From Caulobacterales bacterium (GTDB lineage: Bacteria > Pseudomonadota > Alphaproteobacteria > Caulobacterales > Caulobacteraceae): 64,000 bases of DNA. Positions 37,371-47,231 of the stretch are shown here, one piece after another. The notes under the pieces were generated by a model that was not told the origin of the DNA, made no database searches, and worked only from the letters and a program-made list of their open reading frames with translations. The stretch covers positions 24,318-88,317 of the forward strand of contig JBBROW010000002.1 of NCBI GenBank assembly GCA_038228945.1, written 5' to 3'. Position 1 is the stretch's first letter. The number at the start of each line of letters is the position of its first letter. The translations under genes and the position numbers were made by a program.

Positions 37371-39104
37371 TCAGATGTCCGCGTAGACCTTCCGCTCCGC
37401 CTTGAACCCCGGATGCGTCACGGCCCCCAGATGGGCCGGCCCAACGCCCTGGGCGAACTTCCACAAGGCGCCAGAGCCGTATTCGGTCTCCCGCGGCGCC
37501 CAGTGCCGGCGGCGATTTTCCAGCTCGATGGGATCGACCTCCAGCTCGATGGTTCCGGCGTCGGCGTCGATGGTGATGATGTCGCCGTCCCGCACCAGGG
37601 CGATCGGACCGCCGTCCTGGGCCTCGGGGCCTACGTGGCCGATGCAAAGGCCCCGCGTGGCGCCGGAAAAGCGCCCATCAGTGACCAGGGCCACCTTGTC
37701 GCTGATCCCCTGGCCATAGATGGCGGCGGTGGTGGACAGCATCTCTCGCATGCCGGGTCCGCCCTTGGGGCCTTCGTAGCGGATCACCAGGACGTCGTTT
37801 TCCTTGTAGTCGCGCGCTTCCACGGCGGCGAAACAGGCTTCCTCGCCGTCGAACACCCGGGCCGGGCCGCGGTGTTGGCGGTGACTCAGTCCCGCCACCT
37901 TGACGATGCCGCCATCGGGAGCCAGCGAGCCCCACAGCCCGACCACGCCGCCGGTGGGCGACAGGGGGTTGGAGACCGGGCGGATCACATCCTGGTCCTC
38001 GCGCCAGACGACGCCCTCCAGGTTCTCGCGCAGGGTCTTGCCGGTGACGGTCATCACGTCGCCATGCAGCAGGCCGGCGTCCATCAGGGTGCGCAGCAGC
38101 ATCGGCACCCCGCCCGCCTCGCCCATTTTCTTGGCCGGATAGCGGCCGCCCGGCATCAAGTCGGCCAGGTAGGGGGTCTTCTTCATGATCTCGGCCACGT
38201 CGCGCAGGCTGAATTGCACGCCGCACTCATGGGCCATGGCCGGCAGGTGCAGGCCGCCGTTGGTGGAGCCGCCGGTGGCGGCCACGACGATGGCGGCGTT
38301 CTCGAACGCCTCTCGGGTGCAGATGTCGCGCGGGCGGATGTTGCGCTCGATCAGGTTCATCACCGCCTTGCCGGAGGCGACGGCGTATTCGTCCCGGTCG
38401 AGATAGATCGCCGGCAGGGCCGACGACAGCGGCAGGGCCAGGCCAATGGCCTCAGAGACACAGGCCATGGTGTTGGCGGTGTACTGGCCCCCGCAGGCGC
38501 CGTCACCCGGGCAGGCGTGTTGTTCCAGATCGCACAGGTCCTCCAGGCTCATCTGGCCGCTGGAATATTTGCCGACCCCCTCGAACACGTCCTGCACCGT
38601 GACCTCGCGGCCCTGCCAGGTCCCCGGCATGATCGAGCCGCCGTACATGAACACGCTGGGCACGTTCAGGCGCAGCATGGCCATCATCATCCCGGGCAAG
38701 GACTTGTCGCAGCCGGCGATCCCCACCAGGGCGTCATAGCTGTGCCCACGGATCGTCAGTTCCACGGAGTCGGCGATCACCTCGCGGCTGACCAGGGACG
38801 AGCGCATGCCCTCGTGACCCATGGCGATACCGTCGGTGACGGTGATGGTGCAGAATTCGCGCGGCGTGCCGCCGGCCGCCTTGACGCCGGCTGCGGCGGC
38901 GTGGGCCTGGCGCATCAGGGCGGTGTTGCACGGCGCCGCCTCGTTCCAGCACGAGGCCACGCCCACGAAGGGCTGGTTGATCTCCCGCGTCCCCAGACCC
39001 ATGGCGTAGTAGTACGAGCGGTGCGGCGCCCGCGACGGGCCTTCGGTGACGTGTCGGCTGGGCAGCTTGGACTTGTCCCAGGTTCCGTCAGGCTTCTTGG
39101 TCAT
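37371..39104 (-). CDS. ilvD: Dihydroxy-acid dehydratase (IlvD/Edd family)
   Basis: ORF 37371..39326 trimmed to the ATG at 39104 (MTKKPDGTWDK...). Motifs SRHVTEGPSRAPHRSYYYAMG, GIAGCDKSLPG and ATVTDGRFSG-like (ALVTDGRFSGATRG). Confidence 0.9.
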   Translation of the reverse strand: MTKKPDGTWDKSKLPSRHVTEGPSRAPHRSYYYAMGLGTREINQPFVGVASCWNEAAPCNTALMRQAHAAAAGVKAAGGTPREFCTITVTDGIAMGHEGMRSSLVSREVIADSVELTIRGHSYDALVGIAGCDKSLPGMMMAMLRLNVPSVFMYGGSIMPGTWQGREVTVQDVFEGVGKYSSGQMSLEDLCDLEQHACPGDGACGGQYTANTMACVSEAIGLALPLSSALPAIYLDRDEYAVASGKAVMNLIERNIRPRDICTREAFENAAIVVAATGGSTNGGLHLPAMAHECGVQFSLRDVAEIMKKTPYLADLMPGGRYPAKKMGEAGGVPMLLRTLMDAGLLHGDVMTVTGKTLRENLEGVVWREDQDVIRPVSNPLSPTGGVVGLWGSLAPDGGIVKVAGLSHRQHRGPARVFDGEEACFAAVEARDYKENDVLVIRYEGPKGGPGMREMLSTTAAIYGQGISDKVALVTDGRFSGATRGLCIGHVGPEAQDGGPIALVRDGDIITIDADAGTIELEVDPIELENRRRHWAPRETEYGSGALWKFAQGVGPAHLGAVTHPGFKAERKVYADI

Positions 39105-39222
39105 CGCCGGCTCCACGCTCAAAGGCTGGGCATCCGTAGACGAGGCGGCGCCGTAGCGCAAAGCCGGTTGCTCCCCTGCCCCGGCGTCACTAGAGAAGCG
39201 CGCGCTTACAAAGGATTCTCCC

Positions 39223-39762
39223 ATGCGTCTGGACGCCCTCTCCATCGGCGTGAACCCGCCTGTCGAAGTGAACGTGGTCATCGAAGTGCCCATCGGCGGC
39301 GAGCCCATCAAGTATGAGATGGACAAGGCCTCCGGCGCCCTGATGGTCGACCGGTTCCTCTACACAGCCATGCGCTACCCGGGGAACTACGGCTTTATCC
39401 CCCACACCCTGTCCGGCGACGGCGATCCCTGCGACGTGATCGTGGCCAACACCCGCGGCATCGCGCCGGGCGCGGTGATGAGCTGCCGTATCGTCGGCGT
39501 GCTGGTGATGGAGGACGAAGCCGGGGGCGACGAAAAGCTCATCGCGGTGCCGGGCGCCAAGCTGACGCAGCGCTACGACCACATCCACAACTACACCGAC
39601 CTGCCGGCCATCACCCTGCAGCAGATCGAGCACTTCTTCAGCCACTACAAGGACCTGGAGCCCGGCAAGTGGGTGAAGATCGTCCGCTGGGGCGATGTCA
39701 CCGAAGCCCAACAGATGATCCTGGAGGGGATTGAGCGGGCCAAGGCGCACAAGGCGGACTGA
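39223..39762 (+). CDS. ppa: Inorganic pyrophosphatase
   Basis: 179 aa. Motifs [39 protein letters not shown] and DEKLIAV. Confidence 0.95.
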   Translation: MRLDALSIGVNPPVEVNVVIEVPIGGEPIKYEMDKASGALMVDRFLYTAMRYPGNYGFIPHTLSGDGDPCDVIVANTRGIAPGAVMSCRIVGVLVMEDEAGGDEKLIAVPGAKLTQRYDHIHNYTDLPAITLQQIEHFFSHYKDLEPGKWVKIVRWGDVTEAQQMILEGIERAKAHKAD

Positions 39763-39847
39763 GCCCTTCCACCGGCGGGCGATAGCCTACTGACACGATC
39801 CTGGCGCCGGCCTGGGCTAGAACCGGCAGGCACGGGAGACGCCGGCC

Positions 39848-40438
39848 ATGATCACCCTCTTCCACAGCTCCAAGACCCGCTCCACCCGCTTCATCTTCCT
39901 GCTGGAGGAACTGGGCGCGCCCTACCAGATTCATCACATCGCTCGCAGCGACGGCGCCGTTGACCGCGATTCGGCCAATCCGCATCCGCACGGCAAGGTG
40001 CCGGCGATCCTGGACGACGGCCAGGCGGTGTTCGAATCCTCCGCCATCGCCCTCTACCTGACGGACAAATACCCCCAGAACGGCATTGGCCCCCTGGTAG
40101 GCGACCCCAAGCGCGGCGCCTACCTGACCTGGCTGGCCTACTATTGCGGCGTGCTGGAGCCAGCGTGGATGATGAAATTCGTCCAGGTCGACCTGCCCAA
40201 GACCATGCCCGGCTGGCCCCCCGTGGAGGAAGCCATGGATTTCACCGTCAAGACTCTGGAGGCCGGCCCCTACCTGCTCGGCGACACGTTCTCCGCCGCG
40301 GACATCCTGGTCGGCACCACCTTCGCCATGTTCATGGGCGGGGCGATGCTGCCCAAGACGCCGCTGCTGCAAGCCTACGTCGAGCGCGTCGTCAGCCGAC
40401 CGGCCTATGCGCGGGCCATGGCCAGCGAAGACGCCTAG
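39848..40438 (+). CDS. Glutathione S-transferase family protein
   Basis: 196 aa with a thioredoxin-like N-domain (MITLFHSSKTRSTRFIFLLEELG...KVPAILDDGQAVFESSAIALYL). Confidence 0.85.
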   Translation: MITLFHSSKTRSTRFIFLLEELGAPYQIHHIARSDGAVDRDSANPHPHGKVPAILDDGQAVFESSAIALYLTDKYPQNGIGPLVGDPKRGAYLTWLAYYCGVLEPAWMMKFVQVDLPKTMPGWPPVEEAMDFTVKTLEAGPYLLGDTFSAADILVGTTFAMFMGGAMLPKTPLLQAYVERVVSRPAYARAMASEDA

Positions 40439-40911
40439 ACCGCCTTCTCCACCGCCTCGACGATGCTGGCGTCCAGCGGATCGGTGCGCGGCCCAAAGGC
40501 GGCGATGGCCTCACCGTGGGTCCCGATCAGGATCTTGTGGAAGTTCCACGCCGGCACGGCGGCCTCGCCTAGCTGGTCCTGCGCCCAGGCGTAGAACGGG
40601 TGACGGCCCTCGTCCTTGACGTCGACTTTGGAGGTCATCGGGAAGTCGACGTGGAACCGCACGTCACAGAATTCCTTGATCTCGGCGTCGGTGCCCGGCT
40701 CCTGGCCGGCGAACTGGTTGCAGGGCACGCCCAGCACCACCAGACCCTTGTCCTTGTAGTCGGTGTAGAGCTTTTCCAACCCGTCGTACTGCGGGGTCAG
40801 GCCGCATTTCGACGCGGTATTCACCACCAGAACCGCCTTGCCCTTGAAGGTCGACAGCGGCAGCGGCGCGCCGTCGATGCTGGTGAAGTCGAAATCATAG
40901 GCGTCGGACAT
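40435..40911 (-). CDS. Glutathione peroxidase
   Basis: ORF 40435..40956 trimmed to the ATG at 40911 (MSDAYDFDF...). Motifs LVVNTASKCGLTPQY, LGVPCNQFAGQEPG and WNFHKIL. Confidence 0.9.
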   Translation of the reverse strand: MSDAYDFDFTSIDGAPLPLSTFKGKAVLVVNTASKCGLTPQYDGLEKLYTDYKDKGLVVLGVPCNQFAGQEPGTDAEIKEFCDVRFHVDFPMTSKVDVKDEGRHPFYAWAQDQLGEAAVPAWNFHKILIGTHGEAIAAFGPRTDPLDASIVEAVEKAV

Positions 40912-40959
40912 GGCGGCGCGTCTCCCTGGAGTCGGAAATGGTTTTTGGGTTGCCAATAA

Positions 40960-41871
40960 CTATCGACCCACAGCCTGTTCCACCGCAAGCGCCAGGTCCA
41001 GGGCCTTGGCGCCGTCCAGGGCGTTGGCCAGGGGTGACGGCCCCTGCCCCCGGACAGCGGCGATGAAGGCTTCCAGGCTGGCGCCCAGGGGATCGGACTC
41101 CGTGTCGTCAAAGCCCGGCTTAAGGGCATGGCCGGTGGTGTTGACAAAGGTCCGGGCGATGAAATCCACCGTAACCTCGCCCGATTGATAGACCAGCCGC
41201 ATGCTTCGCTCGCGCGTCGCCGCCACCCGTGAAGCGCGGAAGGTGGCGATGAAGCCATCATCGAAGGCCACCTCCGCCTCGACCTCGTCCAGCAGAGCGT
41301 TCGTCACGAAAGCGCCCTCGGCCTCCACCGCCAGGGGCTCGGCGTCGGTAAGCGCCAGCGCCAGGTCGAGGTCGTGGATCATCAGGTCCATGACCACCGA
41401 GACGTCCAGGTTGCGCGGCGACGGCGGCCCCAGTCGCACCGCCTCAAGCCTCAGGGGGCGCTCGGCAATCCCGAACAGCCCCATGCCGCGGAACGTGGCC
41501 CGCTCGAGGAAGCCGCAGGCCACGATCCGGCCCTGGCGCGCGGCCTCGCCCAGGATGGCGTCTGCGTCGGCAAGGTCGGTGGCCACCGGCTTTTCCACAT
41601 AGACGTGCCGCCCCGCCGCCAGCGCCGCCAGGACATCGTTGGCATGGGCGCTGGCTGGCGAGGCGATGGACACCACATCCACCTGGGCCAGCAGCGCCTC
41701 AAGGCTGTCGAAGGCTTCAGCGGCATGCAGCGCCGCCAGCTCTTGCGCCCGGTCGGGATGCGGGTCGAACACCCCGACAAGCTCGACACCGTTCATGACC
41801 GCGTACTTGGCCGCGTGGTAGTGGCCGAAGACTCCGGCGCCGACGACGCCCGCGCGCAACTGACCGTTCAT
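40960..41871 (-). CDS. Gfo/Idh/MocA family oxidoreductase
   Basis: 303 aa. N-terminal Rossmann motif (RAGVVGAGVFGHYHA) and EKP motif (VYVEKPVA). Confidence 0.8.
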   Translation of the reverse strand: MNGQLRAGVVGAGVFGHYHAAKYAVMNGVELVGVFDPHPDRAQELAALHAAEAFDSLEALLAQVDVVSIASPASAHANDVLAALAAGRHVYVEKPVATDLADADAILGEAARQGRIVACGFLERATFRGMGLFGIAERPLRLEAVRLGPPSPRNLDVSVVMDLMIHDLDLALALTDAEPLAVEAEGAFVTNALLDEVEAEVAFDDGFIATFRASRVAATRERSMRLVYQSGEVTVDFIARTFVNTTGHALKPGFDDTESDPLGASLEAFIAAVRGQGPSPLANALDGAKALDLALAVEQAVGR

Positions 41872-41989
41872 GGCGTCTCCTGACCCTTGGCTGCGCGCCT
41901 AACACGCCGGGACCTCGCTTGCCCACTGGAGCCGCGAGCGCACAGCGTCTAAACAACCGTTTAAATTCGTTCTCAGGGAGAGAAACATC

Positions 41990-42988
41990 ATGACCACTTC
42001 GCGCGAAATCCGGCTGAAGAGCCGCCCCGTCGGCGTGCCGACGCAGGCGAACTTCGAGACCGCCGCCGTCACCCTGCCCGCGCCCGGTCCGGGCGAGGTT
42101 CAGGTGCGCAACACCTGGATGACCGTCGACCCCTACATGCGCGGCCGCATGAACGACGTGAAGAGCTACAGCCCACCCTTCGCCCTCGGCGAGGCCATGC
42201 AGGGCGGCGCCGTGGGCGAGGTGACCGCCTCCAACGATCCGTCGCTGAAGGTCGGCGACGTGGTGCAGAGCTTCTTCGGCTGGCGCGAGGCCTTCAACGC
42301 CCCGGCCGCCGCGGTGCAGAAGCTGGACACCCACGGCCTGCCGGTGGAGGCCTTCCTCGGCGCGGTGGGCATGCCGGGCCTGACCGCCTATGCCGGCCTC
42401 CTGCGCGTCGCGGCCCTGAAGGACGGCGACGTGGTGTTCGTCTCTGGCGGCGCCGGAGCCGTGGGCCAGATGGTCTGTCAGATCGCCAAGATCAAAGGCC
42501 ACAAGGTTATTGCCTCCGCCGGCGGCGCCGAGAAGGTCGCCTATCTGAAGGAACTGGGGGTCGATCACGTCATCGACTACAAGGCCGAGGCCATCGGGCC
42601 GGCCCTGGCGCGCGTGGCGCCGGACGGCATCGACGTCTATTTCGACAATGTCGGCGGCGAACATCTGGAAGCGGCGATCAACAGCGCCCGCCCCTTCGCC
42701 CGCTTCGCCCTGTGCGGCATGATCAGCCAGTACAACGCCACCGATATGGGCGAGGGCACGCGCGGCCTGATCCAGGCCGTGGGCAAGCAACTGCGCCTGG
42801 AAGGCTTCATCGTCTCCACCCACGCCGACATGCAAGGCGCCTTCGTCAAGGACATGTCGGAATGGATCGCCGCGGGAAAGATGAAGTGGCGCCAGACCGT
42901 CGAGGAAGGCATCGAGAACGCCCCCGCCGCATTCCTGAAGCTGTTCAACGGCGAGAACGTCGGCAAGATGCTGGTTAAACTTAGCTAG
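41990..42988 (+). CDS. NADP-dependent oxidoreductase, medium-chain (YncB/PTGR-like)
   Basis: 332 aa. Contains GMPGLTAYAGLLRVAALKDGDVVFVSGGAGAVGQMVCQIAKIKG. Confidence 0.85.
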   Translation: MTTSREIRLKSRPVGVPTQANFETAAVTLPAPGPGEVQVRNTWMTVDPYMRGRMNDVKSYSPPFALGEAMQGGAVGEVTASNDPSLKVGDVVQSFFGWREAFNAPAAAVQKLDTHGLPVEAFLGAVGMPGLTAYAGLLRVAALKDGDVVFVSGGAGAVGQMVCQIAKIKGHKVIASAGGAEKVAYLKELGVDHVIDYKAEAIGPALARVAPDGIDVYFDNVGGEHLEAAINSARPFARFALCGMISQYNATDMGEGTRGLIQAVGKQLRLEGFIVSTHADMQGAFVKDMSEWIAAGKMKWRQTVEEGIENAPAAFLKLFNGENVGKMLVKLS

Positions 42989-43074
42989 GTCGTCCAGTTG
43001 CGAGGCGGCGTTGACAACCCGCGATAGCCGGGCTCCAGTCCGCGCCGCTTCGTAAACCTTAGGAAAGGCGACCC

Positions 43075-44622
43075 ATGGACTGGACGTCAGGCTATCGCGC
43101 CGACATCGACTACACCTATGGCTATTACCGCGAGCTGGCGCCTGGCCTGATCGATTTCGGCCTGCTGATGGCCGGCTACGAGCCGCCGCAGCGGACCGAT
43201 ATGAAATACCTTGAGCTGGGCTACGGCCAGGGGGTCAGCGCCAATATCCAGGCGGCGGCCGGCGCCGGCGAGTTCTGGGGCGCCGACTTCAACCCGGTTC
43301 ACGCCAACCACGCCCAACACTTGGCCCGCGTCTCCGGGGCCGGCGCCCACTTTTCCGACGAAAGCTTCGCGGACATGCTGGCCCGGGACGACCTGCCGCC
43401 CATGGACTATATCGTCCTGCACGGCATCTGGAGCTGGGTCTCCGACGACAACCGCAAGGTCATCGTCGACACCATTCGCAAGCGCCTGCGCGTCGGCGGG
43501 GCGGTGTACTTCAGCTACAACACCTTCCCAGGTTGGACGACGGCCATGCCGCTGCGCCACATCATGTCGATCCACTCGCGGTCGATGGGATCGGACGCCG
43601 AGGGCATGGTCAGCCGCATCGACGGCGCCATCGCGTTCGGCAACAAATTGGCCGAGGTCAACGCCCGGTACTTCCAGCACAACCCCCTGGCCAAGACCCG
43701 CCTGGACGCCATCGCTGGCCAGAACCGCAACTATCTGGCGCATGAGTATTTCAACGAAAGCTGGACCCCGATGTACTTCTCGGAGGTCAATGAATGGCTT
43801 TCGGAAGCCAAGCTCAGCTACGCCACGGCGGCCAGCGCCATTGAGCAGATGGACGGCTTCAACCTCACCCCGCCCCAGCGCGAGGTGATGAATTCCCTGC
43901 CCGTAGGTGTGCTGCGCGAGACGGTTCGCGACTACATGCTCAACACTCAGTTCCGCCGCGACCTCTATACCCGCGGCGCGCGGCGGCTGTCGCCGCTGGA
44001 GCGGCTGGAGCAGCTGAACGAGATGCGGTTCGTCTTGACCGCCCCGATCTCGGACTTCCAATACGAAGTCGACACCATGCTGGGCAAGATCAACCTGCGC
44101 CAGGACATCTACGAACCGATCATCGAGGCTCTCAACGCCAACAAGGGTCTGCCACGACGCCTGGGTGACGTGGCCGACGATCCGAAAATCGCCGCCCTGC
44201 CCCCCGGATCTCTGATCGAGGGCCTGGCGGTGCTGGTGGGTTCGGGCCGCGCCCATCCGGCCCAGAGCGAGGCGGACATCGCCACCGTCGCCCCCCGGTG
44301 CAAGAAGCTCAACGCTCACCTCATCGAGCGGGCCCGGATCGGCGGCGACATCACGGTGCTGGCCTCGCCGGTCCTCGGCGCCGGCCACCCGGTGGGCCGC
44401 TTCGAGCAGATGTTCCTGAGCGCCCGCAGCCGAGGCCTGAAGAACCCCAACGACTGGGCCAAGGACGCCGCCAGCGTCCTGGCCAAGCAGAACCAGTCGA
44501 TCATCAAGAACGGCGAGGTCCTCAAGACCGCGGAAGCCAACCTGGACGAACTGCAGAGTCAGGCAAAGGCCATGGCGGGCGATCGGCTGGCCCTGCTGCA
44601 GCGTCTTCAGGTGGCCGACTGA
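43075..44622 (+). CDS. Class I SAM-dependent methyltransferase with a C-terminal methyltransferase-regulatory domain
   Basis: 515 aa. N-terminus WTSGYRADIDYTYGYYRELAPGLIDF and SAM motif YLELGYGQGVS, followed by a roughly 300-aa extension typical of the 'methyltransferase regulatory domain' proteins as I remember them. Confidence 0.7.
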   Translation: MDWTSGYRADIDYTYGYYRELAPGLIDFGLLMAGYEPPQRTDMKYLELGYGQGVSANIQAAAGAGEFWGADFNPVHANHAQHLARVSGAGAHFSDESFADMLARDDLPPMDYIVLHGIWSWVSDDNRKVIVDTIRKRLRVGGAVYFSYNTFPGWTTAMPLRHIMSIHSRSMGSDAEGMVSRIDGAIAFGNKLAEVNARYFQHNPLAKTRLDAIAGQNRNYLAHEYFNESWTPMYFSEVNEWLSEAKLSYATAASAIEQMDGFNLTPPQREVMNSLPVGVLRETVRDYMLNTQFRRDLYTRGARRLSPLERLEQLNEMRFVLTAPISDFQYEVDTMLGKINLRQDIYEPIIEALNANKGLPRRLGDVADDPKIAALPPGSLIEGLAVLVGSGRAHPAQSEADIATVAPRCKKLNAHLIERARIGGDITVLASPVLGAGHPVGRFEQMFLSARSRGLKNPNDWAKDAASVLAKQNQSIIKNGEVLKTAEANLDELQSQAKAMAGDRLALLQRLQVAD

Positions 44623-44629
44623 CGCCCCG

Positions 44630-44661
44630 CCCACGAACGGCCCGAGCGGGCCGTCCGTGGG
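44630..44661 (+). terminator. GC-rich hairpin 8 nt after the methyltransferase stop
   Basis: Arms CCCACGAACGGCCC / GGGCCGTCCGTGGG pair at 13 of 14 positions around the loop GAGC. No clear U-tract follows. A second 8-bp GC hairpin (CCGCGCGC...GCGCGCGG) lies about 25 nt downstream. Confidence 0.45.
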
Positions 44662-44746
44662 AATGGCCCAGAAGTGATCGCCGCGCGCGTTGGCCCCGCG
44701 CGCGGCGCGGTCTACAAGCCCGGGTCTTCTGTTGGGGAGCCCGTGT

Positions 44747-45643
44747 GTGGCCCGTCTGTTCAACGCCTATGTGATTGTCGACTGGAGCGCGGCGGCCAAG
44801 CCGACCACGGGCGCGGACTCCGTCTGGATCGGTGTGCTCAAGCGCGACGTCCGCTTCCGCTTCACCTACGAGACCCACAACCCCGCCACGCGCGGCGAGG
44901 CGGAAAAGCTGCTGGCCGGCATCCTCGACGACCGCGCCAAGCGCCATGAACGCACCCTGCTCGGCTTCGACTTCCCCCTGGGCTTCCCGCGCGGCCTCTC
45001 AGCGGCGCTGAGCCTGCCGGCGGGCGAGCCGTGGATGGCGGTCTGGAACCAGCTCGACCGCATGGTCAAGGACAAGGCCGACAACACCAACAACCGCTTT
45101 GGCGTGGGCTCGGAGATCAACCGCCGTATCACCGGTGGTCCCTTCCCGTTCTGGGGCTGCCCGCCGCGCGACACCCTGACCACCCTGCAGCCCAAGCGCA
45201 GCCGCGAGTACGGGCCGGGCGACCTGCCGGAATTTCGCCACGCCGACCTGGCCGCCAAGGGCGCCGCGTCGATCTGGAAGCTCTATTACAACGGCTCCGT
45301 CGGCGGCCAGGCGATCCTGGGCATCCCCATGGTCCGCCGCTTGAAGCTGGCGCGGGGCGACGCCTTCAGGGCCTGGCCCTTCGAGACCGGCTACAAGTCC
45401 CTGACCGAGAACGATCTGACCGGCGTCGATGTGGTCGCCGCCGAGGTCTATCCCTCCCTGATCAAGGGCGCGGCCCTGCCCGGCGAGATCAAGGACGCCA
45501 CCCAGGTGCGCCTTACCGCCGAGCACTTCGCCAAGCTGGACGAGGCGGGCAAGCTGGGGCCGGTATTCGCTCCAGGCAAGGACACCCCCGCCGACACCGT
45601 GGTCGACGCGCAACACGAAGAAGGCTGGATCCTCGGGGCCTGA
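44747..45643 (+). CDS. Conserved-looking hypothetical protein, family not recognised
   Basis: ORF 44690..45643. GTG at 44747 is preceded by GGGGAG, 7 nt upstream. 298 aa starting VARLFNAYVIVDWSAAAKPTTGADSVWIG, with a central GGPFPFWGCPP and a C-terminal HEEGWILGA. Native-type GC3-rich codon usage and no TM segments. Confidence 0.6.
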   Translation: MARLFNAYVIVDWSAAAKPTTGADSVWIGVLKRDVRFRFTYETHNPATRGEAEKLLAGILDDRAKRHERTLLGFDFPLGFPRGLSAALSLPAGEPWMAVWNQLDRMVKDKADNTNNRFGVGSEINRRITGGPFPFWGCPPRDTLTTLQPKRSREYGPGDLPEFRHADLAAKGAASIWKLYYNGSVGGQAILGIPMVRRLKLARGDAFRAWPFETGYKSLTENDLTGVDVVAAEVYPSLIKGAALPGEIKDATQVRLTAEHFAKLDEAGKLGPVFAPGKDTPADTVVDAQHEEGWILGA

Positions 45644-45734
45644 GCGCTTTGGCCGAAGTCGGCTTGGGTAGCGAGAGGTGACGGAAGGGGCGCAAAGCCG
45701 CCGCGCCGTTGGCTCGGTCAAACCCGCCTGAACC

Positions 45735-47126
45735 CTAGCCCTCGCCCCGCCGCGCCAACATCCAGAACCGTCCCAGCAACAGCCCGGCGGCCACGAAACT
45801 GGCGGCGATCACGGCCCAGACGATGCCTTGCAACCCCATGTGCATCGGGATCGCCAGGACATAGGCCAGGGGCAGCATGACCAGGAAATAGCTCATCATG
45901 TGAGTGACGGTCGGCGCCAGCACGTCGCCCCGCGCGCGCAGCGACTGCGCCACCACCACCTGCAGGGCGTCGGGCATCAGGAAGACGCAGCTCAGCAGCA
46001 GGGCCGCCGTGGCCATGCCCACCGTGGTCAGATCGCTGGTGTAGACCCGGGTGATCTGCCGAGCGAACACCCAGACCACAAGCGTGGCCACCGCCGCAAC
46101 GACGATGGTCACCGCGTAACCCACCACCGCCGCCCGATCGATCCCGGCCTCGTCCGCCGCGCCGTGGGCGCGCCCCACCTGAACCGCCGTGGCCGTGGCC
46201 AATCCCAGCGGGATCATGAACACGATGGCCGCCACGTTCAGCACCACCGCCCACGCCGCCACGGCCAGGCCGCCGATCCAGCCGGCCACCACGTTCATGG
46301 CCGAGAAGGCCAGGATCTCGAAGAAGTTGGAGGCGCCCGCGCCATAGCCCACGCGGCGCTGATCGCGCTCGCGCACCGGGTCGCGCGGCGGCTTGTCGAA
46401 CACCCCCAGCTCCCGGGCGTCCTTCATGCGCCAGATATAGGCCAGGGTGGCGGCGGCCATGGCCGCGCGGGCGACAAAGGTGGCGATGCCGCCGCCCACC
46501 GCCCCCAGCGCCGGCAGGCCGAAGGTCCCCGGCACCGCCAGCAGGTCCACCGCCAGGTTCACCCCATTGGCCAGCCACATGATCACCAGCGGCGGCACCG
46601 GCCGCCCCAGCCCTTCCAGCCACGAGGCGGAGGCCACCGACAGCATGAACAGCGGCATCGACAGGGCGAAGACCAGCAGGGGACGGGTTGCGCCGTCCGC
46701 CAGGTCCTTGGAAAGGCCGATCACATGCAGCAGCGTCGGTCCGCCGGCCAGGAGCACGACGGCGCACCCCCCGCCGATCCAGAGCGCATAGGACAGCCCG
46801 CGCCGCAGCGCCGCGCCGGCCTCGTGCGGCCTGCCCTCGCCAAGCGCCCGTGACGCCATCACTTGGACCCCGGACAGCAGGCCCAGCGCGCTGCCCATCA
46901 CCACGCTGGTCACCGCCCAGCCCAGGGCGTGGTAGCCCAGCTGCACCGCTGAATAGCGGCCCACAACTACCGCGTCGGTAAACCCCATCATCATGATGCC
47001 CAGGCGCGCGGGCACGAGGGGGCCCGCGAGCTTCAGAAGCTCGATCAGGTCCCTGCGGACAGGATGATCCGCGCCTCCCGCGCGGGAGGTCGCGGCGAGG
47101 GTTTCGCCGGTCATGGGGTTCGCCAT
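45735..47126 (-). CDS. MATE family efflux transporter
   Basis: 463 aa, about 12 TM helices. MATE-like N-terminus (LLKLAGPLVPARLGIMMMGFTDAVVVGR). Confidence 0.85.
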   Translation of the reverse strand: MANPMTGETLAATSRAGGADHPVRRDLIELLKLAGPLVPARLGIMMMGFTDAVVVGRYSAVQLGYHALGWAVTSVVMGSALGLLSGVQVMASRALGEGRPHEAGAALRRGLSYALWIGGGCAVVLLAGGPTLLHVIGLSKDLADGATRPLLVFALSMPLFMLSVASASWLEGLGRPVPPLVIMWLANGVNLAVDLLAVPGTFGLPALGAVGGGIATFVARAAMAAATLAYIWRMKDARELGVFDKPPRDPVRERDQRRVGYGAGASNFFEILAFSAMNVVAGWIGGLAVAAWAVVLNVAAIVFMIPLGLATATAVQVGRAHGAADEAGIDRAAVVGYAVTIVVAAVATLVVWVFARQITRVYTSDLTTVGMATAALLLSCVFLMPDALQVVVAQSLRARGDVLAPTVTHMMSYFLVMLPLAYVLAIPMHMGLQGIVWAVIAASFVAAGLLLGRFWMLARRGEG

Positions 47127-47231
47127 TTCAAAGAGGCGCGGAAACTGACCGAGCCGGAAGCCCGGCGCAAGCGTGCGCTCGCCGATGACCCGAGTTTTGG
47201 TTCAGGTCGTATCCACGCCGTGGCAGGATAG

